From assembly GCA_963727445.1 (NCBI GenBank), contig CAVSGI010000013.1:441601-505600 (forward strand): DNA of 64,000 bases, written 5' to 3'. The translations under genes were made by a program, and so were the position numbers. A model generated the notes under the pieces. That model had not been told where the DNA came from and made no database searches. It saw only the letters and a program-made list of their open reading frames with translations. Origin of the DNA: an uncultured delta proteobacterium. GTDB taxonomy: Bacteria > Myxococcota_A > Polyangia > Polyangiales > B10-G4. This document shows, piece after piece, positions 51,559 through 62,190 of this stretch; positions within the stretch are counted from its first letter, which is position 1; each line of letters starts with the position of its first letter.

Positions 51559-52121
51559 GCGATCGATTCCAGATAGGGCCGCATCGGCCCGAGCACCCGC
51601 CCCGCCTTGGCGAGCCGCGTCAACTCGTCAAGCGTGCTCCGGCGGCGCCTCCGCGCCTCGCGAAGCGCCTCGAGCGCCACGTCCAGACCGATCTTGTTCC
51701 GGTAGCGAAACAGGTCGACCACCGTCTTGGCCAGCGAGTACACGGGAACGCGAACGCCCTCGATGAGGCTCTCTTCCACCTCGTCTTCGTAGCGACGCCC
51801 GGAGAAATGAACGACGCGAATCGGCGGCGTCGAGATCGTCGGTGACCAAGTGCGCGGAGGAAGCGCAATCCACACCTCATGAGGCACGTGCGTGCCCAGC
51901 CCATGAAAGGCGGCCGCCGACAGCAGACACACGATGCCCTTCGGCACCGAGGCCGCGACCACCGCCAGGTCGTGATGCTCGCTCAGCTCGGCGTCTGCCT
52001 CCATGTAGAGGCCCCGCCCCACCCGAACGAGCTCCCCCCGCTCAACCATCCGCCCAACCGCCATGCGGTTCAGCCCTCGTGCGTCGAGGTCGTCGATGTT
52101 GAGGATTTCACCTTGGGACAT
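51555..52121 (-). CDS. abiEi: AbiEi-type antitoxin/transcriptional regulator
   Basis: GELVRVGRGLY, CLLSAAAFHGL, YSLAKTVVDLFRYRNKIG; GTGA overlap with toxin. Confidence 0.92.
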   Translation of the reverse strand: MSQGEILNIDDLDARGLNRMAVGRMVERGELVRVGRGLYMEADAELSEHHDLAVVAASVPKGIVCLLSAAAFHGLGTHVPHEVWIALPPRTWSPTISTPPIRVVHFSGRRYEDEVEESLIEGVRVPVYSLAKTVVDLFRYRNKIGLDVALEALREARRRRRSTLDELTRLAKAGRVLGPMRPYLESIA

Positions 52122-52124
52122 GGC

Positions 52125-52172
52125 CGTTACAAAATCTAGCAGTATATCCTCTATCTTCAAGGATATGTAACG
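52125..52172. promoter_or_regulatory. AT-rich AbiE promoter with inverted repeats (probable AbiEi operator)
   Basis: cgttaca...tgtaacg and atatcct...aggatat immediately upstream of abiEi. Confidence 0.6.
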
Positions 52173-52204
52173 TGGCGAAGTCGGAGCGCTTGACCAGGAA
52201 TCGC

Positions 52205-52305
52205 GCTGTGGAAGGTGGTTTGCGGAGTGGAGAAGGCGCCGAGATTGGGCATGCCCCGAAGACGGCGGGCCCCTCCACCGACTGACGGTCTTCGCCTGCG
52301 CGTCC
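52205..52305 (+). repeat. 101-bp imperfect direct repeat, right copy
   Basis: Matches 49970-50070. Confidence 0.8.
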
Positions 52306-52352
52306 ACGTCAGACCGCGCGCCCCAAACGTGTCCTCCCCCCAGGAGGACCCC

Positions 52353-52664
52353 ATGACGCCACCCGACCACCCCACGCCCGCCCCCACCGCCGCCATCCTC
52401 TTCGGAGACACCGCCCGCCACGCCTCGCACCTCGAAGCGCTGGGCTACCGCGTCGCCCGCGTCCCGCGCGATGCGCTCGAGGCCGATCCCCAGTGGCTCA
52501 GCAAGGTCTTCGACGTCCTCGGCAAGTCGCTCGACCTCACGCTCGTCGCCTTCGACGACGTGGAGGGCGGGCTCCACGCCGCGGTCGCCGAGCTCGTCGC
52601 CGCTGGCCTCGGCGCGCGCCGCTCGTGTGCGCCATCGGCCCGAGCATGCCGTATCAGGCAGTGA
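52353..52664 (+). CDS. Hypothetical protein
   Basis: AGGAGG before ATG; GTGA overlap with next ORF. Confidence 0.45.
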   Translation: MTPPDHPTPAPTAAILFGDTARHASHLEALGYRVARVPRDALEADPQWLSKVFDVLGKSLDLTLVAFDDVEGGLHAAVAELVAAGLGARRSCAPSARACRIRQ

Positions 52665-53128
52665 GCTCCGCCCCGTCCGCCGCCGCGCGCGACCGATTGG
52701 AGTCGCTCACCGCGCTCGTGCACCTCGCCCCCGACGCGCCCGACGGATGGCATCACCTCCCCGCCGCCAACTTCTACCTCGCGACGCAGATGCTCATCAC
52801 GGACGCCGCGCGCGCCCGCCTCTGGCCTCGCCTCCTCGCGCTCCCGGCCGGCGCGCACCTCACCCTCACCCGGCACGACGCCGTCGTCATCGGGACCGCG
52901 CTCGAGACCTTCCGCGCCTCCGCCGGCATCACCGAGGACACCGTCCCCTCCGCCATCGTCTTCGATTGCGTCGACGAAGAGGACCGCTCGACACCCTCCC
53001 GCAGCCTGAGCCGGCAAATTCTGCGGCGCTCTCAGACCCCGAACGGCCGAAACCAAGTCGGCTGCGGATGCCCTTCCGGTTCCATCGGCTCGTCGAAGCG
53101 GACCGGATTTCCCAATCGGTACGCATAG
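52661..53128 (+). CDS. Hypothetical protein (3' end uncertain)
   Basis: Host-like codon usage to ~52990, then overlaps the convergent gene. Confidence 0.35.
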   Translation: MSSAPSAAARDRLESLTALVHLAPDAPDGWHHLPAANFYLATQMLITDAARARLWPRLLALPAGAHLTLTRHDAVVIGTALETFRASAGITEDTVPSAIVFDCVDEEDRSTPSRSLSRQILRRSQTPNGRNQVGCGCPSGSIGSSKRTGFPNRYA

Positions 53129-53804
53129 CCAAACTTCGCGTCCTCGACGCACGTCATCACGTCCACCGTGCCGACGATCACGCCTGTCGGCAGCGAGCCC
53201 GGCTCGCACCCCGCCTTCTTCCAGAACCGGTCCAAACCGGGTTTCTTGCCAGCGTAGAGATACACTCGCCCGCGCCGCTTCGTCGGCTGGGAGCGGAACT
53301 CGCTGGTCTTGGTGCCGCGCGGATCAGCTCGACGTACGGCTGGCGGATGCTGATGGCCATCTCGGGTGTGTCGGCGCTGACCACTTGTGCGAACCAGTCC
53401 TCGATCGACACCGAGTCCCTCGCGACTTTGTCTCGGAGAGCGCGCGCCTCCCTCGTCGTCAGCGGAAACACGGTCCCCGCGGCCCCCGACTTCAGAAACG
53501 AAGCGTCGCCGAGCGGCCTCGCCTTCCGGAGCTCGTCGATACCGGGACCCGATTCGAAGCGTTCGACGTACTCCACCTCGAAGTTCGCGAGGCCGCTCCT
53601 CTTCCGAATCCGGAACGTCTGTGATGGTCCCGATGCCCATCAGCCTCAACTTCGGGGCCGCCTGCCAGAGGAACACGCCATCCGTTGGTCTCCACGATTT
53701 GGGCGGCCGCTTCGTCCGCCAGAGATTCCTGCGTCCATCGGGAACGAGATGGCCTCTTCCAGGTTCGTCTCACGAGGCCGCGCCTTCACCACCCAAAACG
53801 TCAC
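53032..53804 (-). CDS. EVE-like + ASCH domain fusion, frameshifted
   Basis: FWVVKARP..DGVFLWQ..LMGIGTI..ELRK..GTVFPLT (EVE-like); AISIRQPY..GTKTSEFRS..RGRVYLYAG..GVIVGTV (ASCH). Confidence 0.7.
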
Positions 53805-53985
53805 GGGTCGTCCTACCTTTCCCGCTCGAGCACATCAATCTCAATGCAGACGTGCCACATCAACCTCGACTGACAATCGTCCCCAAATGGCGTCCCGCGT
53901 CCCGCGACCGCGCGTCACCCCCACAGGGTGACAAGCCACGTGGTTCCCCATCGACGCGCTGCGCTTGCTAACCTCGCCCTTCCCG

Positions 53986-55425
53986 ATGCCGAGCTTCCGC
54001 GAAGCCGCGCTCTCCATTCTGCGCGAAGCCAACGAGCCGCTTCACTACGCGCAGATCACCGAGCGCGCAATCGCGCGAGGCCTCCTTCAAAGTGCGGGCG
54101 CCACGCCCGCGCGCTCGATGAACGCGATCCTCGCGATGGACATCAAGCGCCACGGCGCGAAGAGCGCGTCTCGCCGCGCGGCACCGGCCACGTTCGCGCT
54201 CCGCGACGGTGACGCGACACCCGTGGTCGACGAAGTCGCCGAAGACGCGGCGATCGCCGAAGCCGACCTCCGCGTCCGCACGCCGCTCTTGCCGCCCTTC
54301 GAGAACATCCGGCTCCTCCTCCCGATCTGGGAGGGCCGCACGCGAAGCACCATCTCTGCCTACTTCCGCACCATCACCGAGCTCCGCGGCACCCCTCAGG
54401 ATCCGGTCGACTGGACGGACCCCGACGACTGGATCGAGACGCGCATGAAGGGCGCCGATCGCGAGCTCGCTCAGGCCATCTGGAACGGCACGAACAAGCA
54501 GGTCTCGCCGCGCTACACCTACGGCGCATGGCTCTTCGCCAACGTCCACAATCTCATCAGCGAAGAACCGAACGCGCCGATCGCCCTGACCGAACGCGGC
54601 CGGGCATTCATCGACGAGCCCGACGGATCGGTGACGCGCGCGATCGAAGAGGTCGAGGGCCTGCCGCGCCTCTTGAGCATCGTCGCCGAGCAGGGCCCGG
54701 CTCGCTCTGGTGAGCTGATGCCCGAGTGGGCCGAATACCTCGCCCGCCACTCCAAGTTCGGCACCGACAGCACCCGCCGCGACACTCTCCGCCGCCGCCT
54801 GAACGAGCTCGTCTCCCGCGGCTGGGTCTCCCGCTCCGGCGTCCTCTACGCCGTCACCGAGTCGGGCCTCGCGCACCTCTCGGAGGTCGGCGCCGGCGAC
54901 GGAGAGAGCGAGAGCGAGGACCGCGAGCTCTGGCACCTCTTGAAGGAGCACGAGCGAAGCGCCCGCGAGAGCCTCGCGACGCTCCTCTCCGAGATGGACC
55001 CCTACGCCTTCGAGCATCTCATCAAGCAGCTCCTCGTCGAGATGGAGTACGACAACGTCGAGGTCACCACCCGCGGCAACGACGGCGGCGTCGACGTCGT
55101 CGCCGAGATCGAGCTCGGCATCTCCAGCGTCCGCGAGGTCGTCCAGGTCAAGCGCCACAAGCGAACGATCCAGCGCAAGGACCTCGACGCGCTGCGCGGA
55201 TCGCTCCATCGCTTCGGCGCCGTCCGCGGCACGATCGTCACGACCTCGAAGTTCTCGAGCGGCACGACAGACGCCGCGTTCGAACAGGGCGCCGCGCCGA
55301 TCACGTTGATCGATGGGGAGAAGCTGATCGATCTGCTGATCAAGCACTCGATCGGGGTTCGGAAGAAGTCGATCGATGTGCTGGAGGTGGATGCGGGCGC
55401 GTTTGTGGGGGATGGGGATGGGTAG
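53986..55425 (+). CDS. Mrr-family restriction endonuclease with N-terminal HARE-HTH
   Basis: FREAALSIL..PLHYAQITERA..GATPARSMNA; MDPYAFEHLI, DGGVD, VQVKRH, ITLIDGEKL. Confidence 0.88.
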   Translation: MPSFREAALSILREANEPLHYAQITERAIARGLLQSAGATPARSMNAILAMDIKRHGAKSASRRAAPATFALRDGDATPVVDEVAEDAAIAEADLRVRTPLLPPFENIRLLLPIWEGRTRSTISAYFRTITELRGTPQDPVDWTDPDDWIETRMKGADRELAQAIWNGTNKQVSPRYTYGAWLFANVHNLISEEPNAPIALTERGRAFIDEPDGSVTRAIEEVEGLPRLLSIVAEQGPARSGELMPEWAEYLARHSKFGTDSTRRDTLRRRLNELVSRGWVSRSGVLYAVTESGLAHLSEVGAGDGESESEDRELWHLLKEHERSARESLATLLSEMDPYAFEHLIKQLLVEMEYDNVEVTTRGNDGGVDVVAEIELGISSVREVVQVKRHKRTIQRKDLDALRGSLHRFGAVRGTIVTTSKFSSGTTDAAFEQGAAPITLIDGEKLIDLLIKHSIGVRKKSIDVLEVDAGAFVGDGDG

Positions 55426-55531
55426 GCTGGGCAAAGCCAACGTTTGAGTGCCTAGGTCGCTCGTGGGTTTCCCTGCCCATGGCGCGGTTGTCGTGGTCCA
55501 ACCGCTGTGTTCAAGGGTAGAGTGGCCGTCA

Positions 55532-58019
55532 GTGTCTACCATCTTCGACAACTCCTCTGAGAGTCAGGCCGACAAGGCGATGGAGGCGTTCCACGCCTTT
55601 CGCGAGCAGACGAGATCCCTTCCTCGAGATGAAGATTGGTCAGAAGCTGACACCCGCTCGAAGATCATCGACCCACTCTTTCTCCGGGTGCTCGGGTGGA
55701 GAGAGGCAGAGATATCACGCGGGAGGAACCGGTCGCAAGTGGCTTTGTGGATTACACGCTAGGGGCCGACTTAGAAATTTGCGCATGTTGAAGCCAAACG
55801 CGAGATGCCACGATTTCGTCTCGCCGTCCCAAGTCGCGCTCGGAAGCTGAAGCTCTCAGGACCGCATCTGCTTGGCAATCCGAGTGTAAGGGATCACCTA
55901 CAGCAAGCGGCGCGCTATTCATTCGATTGTGGCTCTGACATCTGCATCGTTACGAATGGACATCAGTACGTCATCTTTCGCGCACACGTACCAGGCTACA
56001 CGTGGTCGGATTTTGCTGCCCTCGTGTGGCACGACCTAGACGACATCGAGGAAGACTTCGCGCGCTTCCACGCGTCCTTGTCACGGGAAGCGGTTTCGTC
56101 TGGACAACTACTGGAAACCTTCTCCCGACTTCAGAACGCAACCGTCACGCTCCACCGGCCCCTCGAGAGAGTCGCGCGCGCAAACTCGAATCTCATACGC
56201 AACCCCTTCTGGAACAAGATTAGCTCGATCGTAGGCCCCTTGCTTACCGACGATCCGGATAATGAGGCGCTGCAACTGGAGGTGATCCGCAACTGCTACG
56301 TCCAGACGCCTCTTTCTGACGCCGCCGACGAGACGATAGATGCGCTAGTCACGGATGCCCCGCCCAAAGTGGCTGCGCGAAGCGCAGGTGACGGACGTGC
56401 GCATTGCGCGTGGCGCAGGCGATGCCTTTGGCCACGCGATCGAGGCCGACATCAAGAACCGTCGGGGGGCGACCTACCTGATCACGGGCGGCGTCGGCAG
56501 CGGGAAGACAACTTTTCTCCGTCGACATTCGCGAAGTGTGAGCCAGAAGCTCGTGGAAGAGTGGTGCGTTTGGCTGCACGTCGATTTCCTCAAGAGCGGC
56601 GCCGTCGATTCATCGAAGCTCAGCGAGGAAATTCGTCGGTACTTCTACAGTCAGGTTCGCGTTCAGTTGAAAGAGAGGTACCCGGCGCTGCTCCCCTCGG
56701 ATGGTGCCTCCCTTCGCAAGATGTTCGAGACCCGTCTCGAAGAGGCGCGGATGACGCGGTTGTACGGCCTGAAGGAGGGATCACCGGAATGGCTAAAATT
56801 GAAGGCGAAATCGTCCAATCCCTATACACAAGTGACATTGACTATGCGTCGGCGGCTCTCTCCCTCGACCGGCTCGGCGGGCGTAGGGTTGTGTTCGTAC
56901 TAGACAACACGGATCAGCTTGGCGAAGCGTTCCAGGAAGCGATGTTCCTGTTCGCGCAGAAGGTGTCCGACCAATTCAAGGCACTAACGCTCGTGTCGCT
57001 CAGGGAGGAACGCTTTTTCGCTGCCTATAGGAGGGGCGTCTTCGACGCATTCGGAGACCGTCGCTTCCACATCGGCTCCCCCGAAATTGAAGTTCGTGAT
57101 CCGCGAACGATTGCAGTATGCGTTGAAGAAGCTCCAGAGCAGCGGCGTGTCTGAACGCGACGATGTCGTGCAGTTGCTAACAGCGTTCATCGACTCCACA
57201 ACGCACAGGAATCACAACATTGTCAGGTTCCTGTCGTGCGTATCAAACGGGGACATGCGCCATACCGCGTTAGGTATGTTTCGCGAATTCGTTCAGTCCG
57301 GAAACACGAATGTCCAGAAGATCCTGGAGATCAGAAAGCGCCACGGGAAGTACATCGTTCCGTTTCATCAGTTCGCCAAATCGGCCATCTTGGGACCGAA
57401 GCAGTTCTATCAGAGTTCGGCCTCTCACGTCGTCAACGTGTTCCTTCGAACGACATCCGCGATCGCGTCACACTTCACCGCAATTCGGATTCTCGCCCGG
57501 CTCGCGTCGGTAGCGAATGCGACCTCTCGTCATGGGTCCGGATTCCTCGAAACCGACACGTTCCTGAGTGAATACCGACGTTTTCCTTTGGTCGGCTGAT
57601 GACTTGCTTCAGAAGGGTAATGAACTACTCGCGGCGGGGCTCATCGAGTCGGAGCCTCCGCGCATTGACAGCATTGAGAGGAGTACCGCCGTTCGGTGTA
57701 GCGCATCCGGCGCCTATTACTGGATGTACTTGGTCCGGGCCTTTGCGTATGTCGACCTGGTTCTTTTCGATACTGCCATCGTCGCGAAGGAAACGGCCCA
57801 GAAGCTGGCTGCAATGGCGACGGTTACCGAGCTCTCCGTCCGATTCGAAAGGGTTCGCCTCTCCTCGATCACTTGGCTGAGGAGGAGGAGAAAGAGCTGC
57901 GCCAAGCGATCCTTAGCCCAGGCCCATATCGAGAGCCACTGGTGCCGATCATTCGCGAGCAAATCGAGGAGGAGATCAAGAGCATCCGGAAGCGGACTGG
58001 TGCCGTGGAGTTGCGATGA
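55532..58019 (+). CDS. HsdR-N-like restriction endonuclease fused to P-loop NTPase, frameshifted, lower GC
   Basis: SEADTRSKIIDPLF..LGW, VEAKR, QAARY, VTNG; GGVGSGKTTF; VFVLDNTDQ. Confidence 0.75.
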
Positions 58020-58166
58020 TTAGAGCGCAGAGGCTCGGCGAGCTAGAGTGCGCTGCCAGCTGTTAGAGCAGTCGGGCGGAGAGTCTCAAGACAGCACCCA
58101 CGCGCGCACAGGCCGCTTTCCTTCGATGCCTGCCGCTGTTGACGATACTCGTATGGCGAGGTGGTA

Positions 58167-58344
58167 ATGTCAGTTGCGAAGATTGAGTTCACTAAAGAGG
58201 CATTGGGTCACGCCCTAAAGGACCGTCGATTGGCGGTGCCGCGATATCAACGCTCGTACGCTTGGGAAGAACGCAACGTCCGAATTTCTCGATGACATTG
58301 GGGGAGCCCTGGAATCAGGCGACCCAGAGTACTTCCTCGGTACC
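58167..58344 (+). CDS. DUF262 (GmrS/ParB-like) protein, truncated at the junction
   Basis: LAVPRYQRSYAWEE, then (frameshift) EFLDDI..EYFLGT. Confidence 0.75.
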
Positions 58345-58901
58345 GGAATGATGACCGCCGCTATGCGCCTGGATATGACAGCCGGTATCCGCGCCAGGAT
58401 AATGGCGTTGGCGGTGCCGTCATCGGCGGCGTGGCTGGCGGCATTGCCGGCAATCTGATTGGCGGGCGCGGCAACCGTCTTGCCGGCACGCTGATCGGCG
58501 GCGGCCTGGGCGCTGCGGCAGGCTATGCCATTGATCGTGCGGAAGATAGCGGCCGCGAAACCTATCGCGGCCGGGACTATGATCGCAACTTTGACCGGCC
58601 CGTGGTGCGGCAACGCCCCATCGTGCGCCGCGGCCAGCCTATCGCCCTGCCCAAGACTATCCCGGCTATGGCGCACCCACCGCTTATGGCTGGCAGGGGG
58701 CTACGCCCGGCCCCCTATGGCCAGACGGGCTATTATTATGCCCAGCCTGCAGGCTTATGGCAGCGGCACGACCACGGTGGTGGTGGTGCCCGGCCAGACC
58801 ATTTCGCCACCACGACCACCGTCACCGAAGACTATGTCGATGTCCCCGGCCCGCGCCATTATCGCGACAAGCGGATGCTGCGCAAAGGCCGGCGCCATTA
58901 G
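58345..58901 (+). CDS. Glycine-zipper 2TM protein, 5'-truncated (sphingomonad-like)
   Basis: DNGVGGAVIGGVAGGIAGNLIGGRGNRLAGTLIGG..AIDRAED; TTTVTEDYV. Confidence 0.7.
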
Positions 58902-58947
58902 GCCTCAGCCACGGCCGGCGCGCGCGCCGGCCATATAGCGATAAGCT

Positions 58948-58982
58948 AAGCCCCGTCCGCCAGATGGCCGGCGGGGTTTTTC
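58948..58982 (+). terminator. Probable intrinsic terminator
   Basis: GC hairpin ccccg..cgggg followed by ttttt, between convergent genes. Confidence 0.55.
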
Positions 58983-59010
58983 ATGGCGATAGATGGAATG
59001 GCCGCGCCGG

Positions 59011-59759
59011 TCAGCGCGGCGGCGGATCAAAGCGTTCCCAGCCATCGCGCCCCAGCCGCTCCAGCGGGCGATAGCGCACCTTGTATTGCATCCGGGCTGA
59101 CCATCGACCCAGTAGCCGAGATAGACATAGGGCAGACCGCCTTGCGGGCGCGCAGGATGTGATCGAGGATGATGTAATTGCCGAGACCCGTGCGATCCTC
59201 GTAATCGGGATCGTAGAAGCTGTAGATCATCGACAACCCGTCGCCCTGCCGGTCGGTCAGGCAGGCGCCGACCAGGCGGCCCGGGCGCGCCGTCTTCGGT
59301 CGGCTCGCGATATTCGATGACGATAGCTGGTGACCGGCGTGTGCTCGACCATGTCGGCATAATCGAGCTCGTCCATCGCCGCCATGCCGCCACCGGGATG
59401 GCGCACGCCGAGATAGCGCTGCAGCAGTTCGAATTGCTCGTCGGTCGCCCACGGGCGGCATTCGGTCGCGACCAGATCGCCATTGCGCTTGATGATTGCG
59501 CTTCTGCGTGGACGACGGGCTGCGAATTCGTCCGCGACCACGCGCACCGAAACGCAGGCCTGGCAATCGAGCGCAGCTCGGGACGGTAGGCGACGGTCTG
59601 GCTGCGGCGGAAGCCGATCCGGCCGAGCGCATCGTTCAGCTGGTCCGCATGCGGCCCCTTGAGCTCGGTGAACACCTTGCGCTCGCTCTTGCCCGGCAGA
59701 TAGGGACACGGCGCAGGGCTGGTCACGAAAAAGCGGGGAAAGCGAACCGGTGCCGTCAC
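59011..59759 (-). CDS. Arginyl-tRNA-protein transferase family (Ate/Bpt), frameshifted
   Basis: [43 protein letters not shown]. Confidence 0.9.
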
Positions 59760-59932
59760 GGGCTTGGCGTGTCCTCTCTGTGCCGAAGATTGAATCGGTT
59801 GCATGTCGAGCGACCTCAGTATATGCCTACACCAGATGCTCGCTGTTGAAAGCGACTTTAACCACGAAATGCGCGGTTAACGAGACGTTATTTTGCACAG
59901 GTCCGACGATCGGCGCTGGCCCGAAATCGCGG

Positions 59933-61192
59933 TCAGTTCAGTTCGACCTGGCTCAACGGTATAGCCCTCTGCGCGCAGCGCCGCGACCAGCGCATCGAGC
60001 TGCTCGCGGTCGCGCGCCTCGCATTCGATATCGGTGACCAGGCCCTTGGCCGGCAGGTGGTGAAGATCCGCTGGTGGTAGATCTCGATGATGTTGACATT
60101 GTGCTCGTCGAATATCGCGCATCACCTTGAACAGCGCGCCGGGGCGGTCCTGCAGCGTGACCCGCAGCCGCGCAAGCCGGCCCGACCGGGCAAGATCGCG
60201 CAGCAGCACATTGGCGAGCAGGCGGGTGTCGATATTGCCGCCGCACAGCACCAGGCCGACCTTCTTGCCGGCGAACCGCTCCGGGTTGCGCCAGCACCGC
60301 GGCAAGGCCGGCCGCGCCGGCGCCTTCGACCACGGTCTTTTCGATCTGCAGCAGCAGCGAGACCGCGCTTTTCGAGCTGCGGGCTCGCTCGACCAGCAGG
60401 ATGTCGTCGACCAGCTCGGCGATGCACCTGCGAGGTGAATTCGCCCGGCTCCTTGACCGCGATGCCTTCGGCCAGCGTGTCGCCGCCGCACGGCATGGTC
60501 TTGCCCTTGAGCGGTCGTACATCGACGGGATAGAGCGCGGCCTGCACGCCGATCAGCTCGATGTCCGGCTTGATCGCGCGTGGCGACGGTGCGCCATGCC
60601 GCGAGATCAGCCCGCCGCCGCCGATCGGGATCGACCAGCATGTCGAGATCGGGCACGTCCTCCAGCATTTCGAGCGCGACCGTGCCCTGACCGGCGGCCA
60701 CGTCGCGGATCGTCGAACGGGTGGACGAAGGTCAGCCCGAGCTCCTTCTCGAGCTGCGCGGCATGGGCATAGGCCTCGTCGAAGGTCTCGCCTTCAGCAC
60801 GACCTTGCCGCCGACGCTCTCGGTCTGCATCACCTTCACCATCGGCGTGGTCTGCGGCATGACGATGGTCACCGGCACGCCGAGCCGGCGTGCCGTGATA
60901 GGACAGGCCCTGCGAGTGGTTGCCGGCCGACGCCGCGATCACGCCGCGCTGCGCTGTTCGTCGTCAGCAGCAGCAGCGCGTTGAGCGCGCCGCGCTCCTT
61001 GTAGGCGGCGGTGAACTGCAGGTTCTCGAACTTGAGCCAGATGTCCGCGCCGGTGATCTCCGACAGCGTCTTGCTGTGCATCGTCGGCGTGCGCACCACC
61101 GCGCCCTCGATCCGCTCGGCGGCGGCGCGGACATCGTCGAGCGGTCAGCAGCGGCGCGGCGCGCTTCGTGGGCGTGATCAGACGTCGCTCAT
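59933..61192 (-). CDS. Threonine ammonia-lyase with ACT domain, frameshifted
   Basis: LKFENLQFTAAYKERGA, ASAGNHSQG, VHPFDD, GQGTVALE, LCGGNID, LQDRPGAL. Confidence 0.9.
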
Positions 61193-61287
61193 GGGCGGCG
61201 GGCCTAGCGGCACATGGCCGCAAGGGAAACGCTCGAATGCCAGCGAGCTGTCGCTTTGCACTGGCACGAAGGCGGCAGGCAGGCGCC

Positions 61288-62190
61288 ATGAGCAAGAGCC
61301 AAAATCGCATTCCTCGGCCTCGGCGTGATGGGCGGACCGATGGCCGGCCATCTCGCCCGCGCGGGCACGCCGTCACCGTCTACAACCGCACCGCCGCCCG
61401 CGCCGCGAAGGCTGGCAGGCAGCACATGGCGGCGAAGGCTCGACGTCGCGATCGCGGCCACGCCGGCCGAAGCAGCCGACGGGCAGGATGTCGTGATCAC
61501 CTGCGTCGGCAATGACGACGATCTCGCCGAAGTCGTGCTGGACGAACGGCGTGCTTGGCGGCGATGCGCAGGGCGCGCTGTTCATCGATCACACCACCGT
61601 TTCGCCGGCATCGCGCGGCAGCATGGCCGAGGCAGCGCGAGGCCGCGGGCATCGCGTGCGTCGATGCGCCGGTGACCGGCGGGCAGGCCGGCGCGGAAAA
61701 CGGCAAGCTGGCGATCATGTGCGGCGGCAGCGACGCAGGCGATCGACGCGCGCCGCCCGGTGATGGAGGCCTATGCCGCGCGGATCGTCCATGTCGGCGC
61801 GGCCGGCGCCGGGCAGACCGCCAAGATGGCCAACCAGATCTGCATCGCCGGCGTGCTCGCCGGCCTGTCGCGAAGCGCGTGCGCTTCGCCCAGGCGCCGG
61901 GCTCGACATGGACAAGGTGCTCGAAGCGATTTCCGGCGGCGCGGCGCAAAGCTGGCAGATGGACAATCGCTGGGCGACGATGGCCGAGGACGAGTTCGAC
62001 TTCGGCTTCGCGATCGACTGGATGCGCAAGGATCTCGGCCATCGCGCTCGACGAAGCGCAGGCGCTGGGCTCTCGCTCGCCGGTCACCGCGCTGGTCGAT
62101 CAGTTCTATGCCGAGGTGCAGGCCGAAGGGCGGCGGCGCGGCAGGATACCAGCGCGCTGATCCGCCGCCTGCCGAAAGGCAGGACGATGA
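61288..62190 (+). CDS. 3-hydroxyisobutyrate dehydrogenase-family oxidoreductase, frameshifted
   Basis: AFLGLGVMGGPMAGHL, DAPVTGGQAGAENG, GQTAKMANQ, WMRKDL. Confidence 0.88.
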
